Shown one piece after another: positions 59,280 to 64,000 of a stretch of 64,000 nucleotides of DNA; positions within the stretch are counted from its first letter, which is position 1; each line of letters starts with the position of its first letter. Where the stretch lies: the IMG/VR virus record IMGVR_UViG_3300042013_000103. The stretch is one strand, 5' to 3'. The notes beneath the pieces were generated by a model. That model was not told where the DNA came from. It ran no database searches and was given only the letters and a program-made list of their open reading frames with translations. Source of the DNA: a virus. Lineage: Duplodnaviria; Caudoviricetes. The position numbers and the translations under genes are program-made.

Positions 59280-59522
59280 TCAGTTGCGAATCATGCTGGC
59301 AAACAGGTCCACCACAATCCAATTCCGTTCGTGGAACGCAATGCGGTTTTCCTTCGGGAAGATTGACAGGATGTAGGTGTGGGGGCTGAAGATGCTCACT
59401 TCTTGGTTTTGTACCGTGCACCGGTATCCCCCCGGGTAGCGAATCTCTTGGGGTGGTGGATCCATGGCCAGAATGGTGGTGCCCCATCTGATCAGTTTAG
59501 CGGTGTGTTTTTCAGCCTTCAT
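59280..59522 (-). CDS. Small hypothetical protein, paralogue of 59519..59764
   Basis: ATG 59522 in an ATGA overlap; shared W..L...P.P...Y.GY.C.V...I.PKENR...H.N...VD.F. Confidence 0.65.
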   Translation of the reverse strand: MKAEKHTAKLIRWGTTILAMDPPPQEIRYPGGYRCTVQNQEVSIFSPHTYILSIFPKENRIAFHERNWIVVDLFASMIRN

Positions 59523-59764
59523 GGAGCGGTTCCGATCAGTACGATGAATTGGTCCACGGCCAGGCAATTGGCCACGTGCTGTTCCACCCGGTTTTCCTTC
59601 GGGTAGATGGTGAACAGCACCACGGTATCCGACAGCACGTGCACCACGGTCATTTCCACCCGGCACTCGTACCCGTTGTAGTGGGTGCGTTTGGGCAGGG
59701 GGCTTTCGTGCAACAAGGCCGAAGCCCATAACAACAACAAGTCTTTCTTGTAATCTCGGGTCAT
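59519..59764 (-). CDS. Small hypothetical protein, paralogue of 59280..59522
   Basis: GAGGAG RBS, shared motifs, early promoter upstream. Confidence 0.7.
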   Translation of the reverse strand: MTRDYKKDLLLLWASALLHESPLPKRTHYNGYECRVEMTVVHVLSDTVVLFTIYPKENRVEQHVANCLAVDQFIVLIGTAP

Positions 59765-59800
59765 GTAACGCTCCTCTTAACTACATGGTTTATCCCCGTT

Positions 59801-59830
59801 GTAATATAGTCGCAGAAAGCCTTCCAATGC
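59801..59830 (-). promoter_or_regulatory. Phage early promoter
   Basis: GCATT-N14-GACTATATTAC. Confidence 0.8.
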
Positions 59831-59840
59831 AAAAAAATAA

Positions 59841-59880
59841 GGCATAAAGCCCTCCCCGAAGGGAGAGGCTTTTATGCCAG
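59841..59880. terminator. Near-perfect hairpin GGCATAAAGCCCTCCC-CGAA-GGGAGAGGCTTTTATGCC
   Basis: Long inverted repeat right after the stop at 59881. Confidence 0.8.
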
Positions 59881-60360
59881 TCACAGCTCCATCAAGATCG
59901 CATAGATCTGCTCCAGTGTCCCGAAGGTATCGTAGATGCTGATCGTTTTTGGGATAAAGAACAAGGTGGCGTAATCCGCCCCCGCCTTTTTGATCGTGAT
60001 GGTGGTGGATCGAATGTCCACTTTAAACATCCCCACATCTTTAACCACGGGCACGTCGGTTAGGAACTTACGTCCGGCACCGAGCACTTCCTCTGTAGTC
60101 AACACCTTGGGCAACGACAGCGCCATCAATTCCTTGGCGATCAATGTCCGCAGGTCTCCTGACGTTTCCATGGCACGATGGTACATAACGCTCCCATCGT
60201 TCGGAAAAATGCTGACTACATCGTGTCCGTTTTTAGAAATACGCACATGGTCCGACATGAGATCGATCTTGTAATCACCCAGACGCGTCAAATGAACCAC
60301 GTCCGGAGTAAGATAACGTTTCGCGAAATCGAGCAGGATTTGTTCGTTGGGTGTGTTCAT
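59881..60360 (-). CDS. Hypothetical protein with two tandem ~80 aa modules
   Basis: GDYKIDL...VSIFP repeated as GMFKVDI...ATLFF. Confidence 0.65.
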   Translation of the reverse strand: MNTPNEQILLDFAKRYLTPDVVHLTRLGDYKIDLMSDHVRISKNGHDVVSIFPNDGSVMYHRAMETSGDLRTLIAKELMALSLPKVLTTEEVLGAGRKFLTDVPVVKDVGMFKVDIRSTTITIKKAGADYATLFFIPKTISIYDTFGTLEQIYAILMEL

Positions 60361-60466
60361 TTTCGTGTTACCTATTTGCTACTACATACCAGTCCCGTCA
60401 CCGGTCTGGGCTCTTACGCCCCTTGCGGGGCATAACTTTAAAATCCGAGCGAGCGGCAGCGCTCTG

Positions 60467-60958
60467 TTAAGCGGGTACCGCCAAAGGTTTCCGGAGAATA
60501 ACGCCCCAGTTAAAGGGCAGTGCTTGCTGAGTATAAAGGGAGTACTTCCGCAGCTTCGGGCATTCCTCATTAAACACGGTTAACGTCCGATGACTGGGGT
60601 TATCATCAATTAAAAAATAGAAGTTTTCTTTGAGGTCTTCGGTCTTGGCTGTTTGCACCGGGAATAGTTCCCCGCCGCCCCTCACATACCACCGCCGATA
60701 CTGCCGTTTCGCTAACCGTTCCTCCACGAGGGGATTAGAGATGAACTTTTTGATCTTTGCTCGCATCCCATTAGCATCATTCCAAGTGTCAACTGTATCC
60801 ACGTGGATGTAATCGCCCTGCACTAGGGCGAAGACGAACCCGTCCACCAGCTGGCGCAACCCGACAACGTGTCTGAGAATCATGGTAAAGGGAGAGAGCA
60901 CTAAACCCAGCTCGTTTGCTACGGCTTGGTCCAGTTGCTTAGCTATTGACTTGGTCAT
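60467..60958 (-). CDS. Hypothetical protein
   Basis: 163 aa, GGGAGG RBS. Confidence 0.6.
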   Translation of the reverse strand: MTKSIAKQLDQAVANELGLVLSPFTMILRHVVGLRQLVDGFVFALVQGDYIHVDTVDTWNDANGMRAKIKKFISNPLVEERLAKRQYRRWYVRGGGELFPVQTAKTEDLKENFYFLIDDNPSHRTLTVFNEECPKLRKYSLYTQQALPFNWGVILRKPLAVPA

Positions 60959-61050
60959 ATAGCCTCCCGCTTTAGTCTAGATTGGATGCACGGTAATATT
61001 CCTTCATTGCAGGTACGGTTTACACAGCATGGGACAGGCGAGTAGAGTTT

Positions 61051-61323
61051 CTACGTCAGGTTCTGTTGCAGCAGTTCCCGAAACTTGTCATCCACATTGA
61101 CTTTACCGGCGGCGACGTCAGGGTGGGACCGCGCTACGCGTTCCAGTCGTTTGACATCCAGCACCACGTTCGCGGGTTTGGGTTTCCCCAACACTTCATT
61201 CAGGGCAGACAGGGCCCCTTCCTTGATTGCGTCGATGGTTGTCTTGGTCGCGTAAGCTTCGTTGTGGCGTTTGATGTCCGCTTCACGCAGGCGGCGCTTT
61301 AACGTTTTCTTGGACTCCGTCAT
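61051..61323 (-). CDS. Small hypothetical protein
   Basis: ATG 61323 in a TAATG overlap; GAGGTG RBS. Confidence 0.6.
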   Translation of the reverse strand: MTESKKTLKRRLREADIKRHNEAYATKTTIDAIKEGALSALNEVLGKPKPANVVLDVKRLERVARSHPDVAAGKVNVDDKFRELLQQNLT

Positions 61324-61730
61324 TACGGCACCTCGGGTGGGGTGTAAAGTGGGATGCGCTGTTGTTTGGACGTGTTCCCATTGGCATCGGTCGTTTGTGC
61401 TGGGGACCAATACAACAATTTACCTAAATCACTGTCCACGGCAATGGTTACCGTGTCCAAGGTCAGAACGCAATCCATCGCTGGCTCGCCATTGGAATGG
61501 AAATCCCGCTCTCGCGTCCGTACTTCTTTCAGGGCTTCGTTCAACACCACGTATTCGCGTGAGCGTTCGCAATCGAGGCGCTCCACCAGAACCCTGCGCC
61601 CGTGGAAGACTTCGGTCAAGTCAGCGAAGCCTGCGTATTCCAGCGGTGACATGATCCGCACTAACTCGCCGTTGGGGAACTGAAACCAGTTGCCGGAACG
61701 GGACAGGGTGACGTAACCGTTGTCGATCAT
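61323..61730 (-). CDS. Hypothetical protein
   Basis: 135 aa, coupled to neighbours. Confidence 0.6.
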   Translation of the reverse strand: MIDNGYVTLSRSGNWFQFPNGELVRIMSPLEYAGFADLTEVFHGRRVLVERLDCERSREYVVLNEALKEVRTRERDFHSNGEPAMDCVLTLDTVTIAVDSDLGKLLYWSPAQTTDANGNTSKQQRIPLYTPPEVP

Positions 61731-62128
61731 GCACGCACCCCCTCAGGACTGTCCGACTGGTGTGCTTCTGCCCAGGCGTCGAATTCTTGTTTCGCTGTTT
61801 CCGCCAGCTTGGCGTGTTTGGACAGGTCGCGTTTGTAATCGTACTGCGGGGCACGGTACAGCGCTTGCCAGAACCAGTTGTCCGGGTACGGCACCAGGTG
61901 TTCCGCGGACTCTCCGTCGTTGATCCGGTGCGAGACGTACTGCAGCACCAGCGCCCACCGGGAGTTCTCACGGGGATCATCGATGAGTTTGGCCAAGAAC
62001 GCTTTGAGCATGGCTTCGTCGAGTTGAAGCTTGGCGGCCAGATCAGTGATGGTGATGGTTTCTTTGGCAACAATCGCACTCATCAGCGCGGCCATGGCCC
62101 GACCCATTAAGTTCAGGTGGTAAGACAT
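61727..62128 (-). CDS. Hypothetical protein, distant paralogue of 62128..62610
   Basis: Shared (D/E)LAA...L, W.L...... and WF..A...P motifs. Confidence 0.6.
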   Translation of the reverse strand: MSYHLNLMGRAMAALMSAIVAKETITITDLAAKLQLDEAMLKAFLAKLIDDPRENSRWALVLQYVSHRINDGESAEHLVPYPDNWFWQALYRAPQYDYKRDLSKHAKLAETAKQEFDAWAEAHQSDSPEGVRA

Positions 62129-62610
62129 CAGGGGGTTACCTTGTCAGTGAGGAGTTTGAGTTGTTCTGCACGAAAACGAGCCCGCTGGTTCGAGAAGTCC
62201 CATAGCGTCGCCTCGATCACCGATTTGAACGGCTCTTTTCCGAACTGGTGATCGGGTGTGCCGGTGGCTTGAGCAAGGAACCAGGTTGGAGGGCGATCGA
62301 CCGGGGTAGAGCGGCCGGTGTCCCCTTCATACACAACCGAATGCATGGTGCTGACCAACAGACGCCACAACCCATCCTGCTCCAACGCAATGTTGCGGGA
62401 CAAAAGGTCGTAGATGTCAGCGTTGCGCAGGTGCATGGCCGCAGCCAGTTCGTCCATGGTCGGGTGTTCGTCCAGCATCACTGCCTTGTACAACAAGGTC
62501 TTCAGGTAGTGACGCTGGAAAGCAATGCGGGGGTCGAACATTTCGAGGGTGATGCGTTGGTCTTGAGCAAACAATACGTCCATTGAAAGGTTCCTTTTGA
62601 TGGGGGACAT
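62128..62610 (-). CDS. Hypothetical protein
   Basis: 160 aa, coupled to the downstream paralogue. Confidence 0.55.
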   Translation of the reverse strand: MSPIKRNLSMDVLFAQDQRITLEMFDPRIAFQRHYLKTLLYKAVMLDEHPTMDELAAAMHLRNADIYDLLSRNIALEQDGLWRLLVSTMHSVVYEGDTGRSTPVDRPPTWFLAQATGTPDHQFGKEPFKSVIEATLWDFSNQRARFRAEQLKLLTDKVTP

Positions 62611-62648
62611 AAAAGAAGGCCCGAAGGCCCTCTCTTACGCACAGTCGA

Positions 62649-63602
62649 TCAGGAGATAACCAAGCCATCGCTGGTGAGGTTGTCGTCCACGTCGGTCATG
62701 GGTTTGCGGGTGCGGTAGGCGCCGAAGGTACGGGCCATGGCCTGACCGCGTTCGCTCAGGGTGTTGTGAATTTCATCCACACCGATGACGTTGATCACGA
62801 AGTGGGCTTGGTCACAGTCCATCGCATCGGGGTCGATCGGGAAACCCGCGGTTTTGCTGTACGCTTCACCGAAGGTGGTTTCCTTGGCCTCGTCCGCGAA
62901 CAACGAAGCAATTGCGATCGGTTCCAACACACCCGCCGCTTCAGCCCGCGAGTCGGTGATGAACAGGGTGGAGAGTTGTGGCTCGATCGGGTGCAGGCGT
63001 GAGTACTGCAACCAGTTCTGCACGTCTTTGGTGTCGAGGCGATGGTTGTTCTGCGAACTCAGGGTCAGCAGCAGGTCAATGCCCCATGCCGCCCGGTCGT
63101 TGGTTTCCGCAAACGAAACCCCGGTCTTGTTTTCCAGGTAGTGCATGACCACCGGGAGCTTCAGTTCCACGGCGTTCACTTCCAGGCCTTTCAACGTGTC
63201 ACGGGTGTTGCTCCATTGTTTCTTGGCGGTGTCGTCACCGACCACCACCAGCACCGTGGACAGCCCATCCTTCAGCAGAGAGCGCGCCAACAGCGGACCG
63301 ATCACCGAACCCGAACCACCACCGGCACAGAACACCACGATGTTGAATTCAACGCCCGGGAACTCGGCAAGCACGCTTGGGATTTGTGGCGCAGCTTTCG
63401 GGTAACTGTAGGAACGGTCAGAACCCGCACCGTGCAGCCCTTCGAGCAGGTAGATGTTGGAGTCTTGCATGTCGGGAGTGATGTTCGCATCACCGGTGTC
63501 GACGAAGGCGAAGCGGGGATCATTCGGGCCCATCAGGCGACCGATGTTGAAGCCAGTGCCGCCACAGAAGTACACACGGTGTTTCAATACAGGACTGCTC
63601 AT
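62649..63602 (-). CDS. phuZ: PhuZ phage tubulin (phiKZ gp39-like)
   Basis: T1 loop CGGTG.NIG, GAGSDR, tubulin signature GGGSGS and acidic C-terminal tail DDNLTSDGLVIS; ATG 63602 with AAGGT RBS. Confidence 0.92.
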   Translation of the reverse strand: MSSPVLKHRVYFCGGTGFNIGRLMGPNDPRFAFVDTGDANITPDMQDSNIYLLEGLHGAGSDRSYSYPKAAPQIPSVLAEFPGVEFNIVVFCAGGGSGSVIGPLLARSLLKDGLSTVLVVVGDDTAKKQWSNTRDTLKGLEVNAVELKLPVVMHYLENKTGVSFAETNDRAAWGIDLLLTLSSQNNHRLDTKDVQNWLQYSRLHPIEPQLSTLFITDSRAEAAGVLEPIAIASLFADEAKETTFGEAYSKTAGFPIDPDAMDCDQAHFVINVIGVDEIHNTLSERGQAMARTFGAYRTRKPMTDVDDNLTSDGLVIS

Positions 63603-63633
63603 GATTGTTACCTTATTGCTAGGAGTTTTGAGA

Positions 63634-64000
63634 TTAGTGGTCACTACGGGCAGTAATGGCCATGACGATCTTTTCGAAACAGTTGTAGAACAGAACTTCT
63701 ACGTAACCGTTGCACAGTTTCGTTTCCCAGGTGCCCCCGTTGGTCACGTGCGTGAGGATTTGTTCACGTATATAAGTAAGCTTGTAAACCTCGGGTTTCA
63801 ACCACAACGGGGCAAACAGTTCCGTCAACCATTCCAGCGAAGGCACCCGTCGCTTGGGGTTGTTGGTGTCATTGGCCATGAACCGAGAGGTATCCACGAT
63901 GTTGTTCTCGGCATCAAACAGCACCAGTAGCACACCGGCGTCTTTGGCGTATTTGTTGAGGGTGTAACCCCCTTGGGCGTCGATGTTATTGGCAATGGCC
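63634..64000 (-). CDS. Hypothetical protein, 5' end beyond the window
   Basis: The frame of the 99 aa track ORF stays open to base 64000 (...AIANNIDAQGGYTLNKYAKDAGVLLV...). Confidence 0.6.
   Translation of the reverse strand, partial: AIANNIDAQGGYTLNKYAKDAGVLLVLFDAENNIVDTSRFMANDTNNPKRRVPSLEWLTELFAPLWLKPEVYKLTYIREQILTHVTNGGTWETKLCNGYVEVLFYNCFEKIVMAITARSDH

Noticed and set aside
60993-61000. GTAATATT partial match to the early promoter
   Set aside because: It lacks the AGTC part of the core and the upstream element; not counted.
7631-62637. Dispersed hairpins as a possible CRISPR array, REP elements or tRNAs
   Set aside because: Stems differ in sequence, are not regularly spaced, and lack cloverleaf or T-loop signatures.

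Overview
This window is a 64 kb, GC-rich, gene-dense segment of a nucleus-forming jumbo phage (phiKZ-like, Chimalliviridae). Gene order runs opposite to phiKZ numbering, covering roughly gp92 down to gp39. It holds head/inner-body and baseplate genes, both halves of the split family-B DNA polymerase, one virion RNAP beta' subunit, four of the five non-virion RNAP subunits, an SF2 helicase, an SbcD nuclease, chimallin (ChmA), probable ChmC and PicA, and PhuZ tubulin. phiKZ gp numbers come from synteny and recalled family features, not from a database search. I found seven copies of an early-promoter motif (minus strand GCATT-N14-GACTATATTAC) and about 19 intergenic hairpins flanked by CATA/TATG. 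No tRNA, CRISPR array, intron, intein or transposase was recognised. Strongest lead: a lambda-type slippery heptamer (G GGA AAG) sits directly before the stop codon of the DNA polymerase exonuclease subunit. A -1 shift there would fuse the polymerase to a downstream NADAR-like (ADP-ribosylhydrolase-fold) domain that otherwise lacks a start codon. Other leads are a minimal kinase-fold protein, an SSB-like tail on the ChmC-like protein, and a leader mini-ORF in front of the nvRNAP beta gene.
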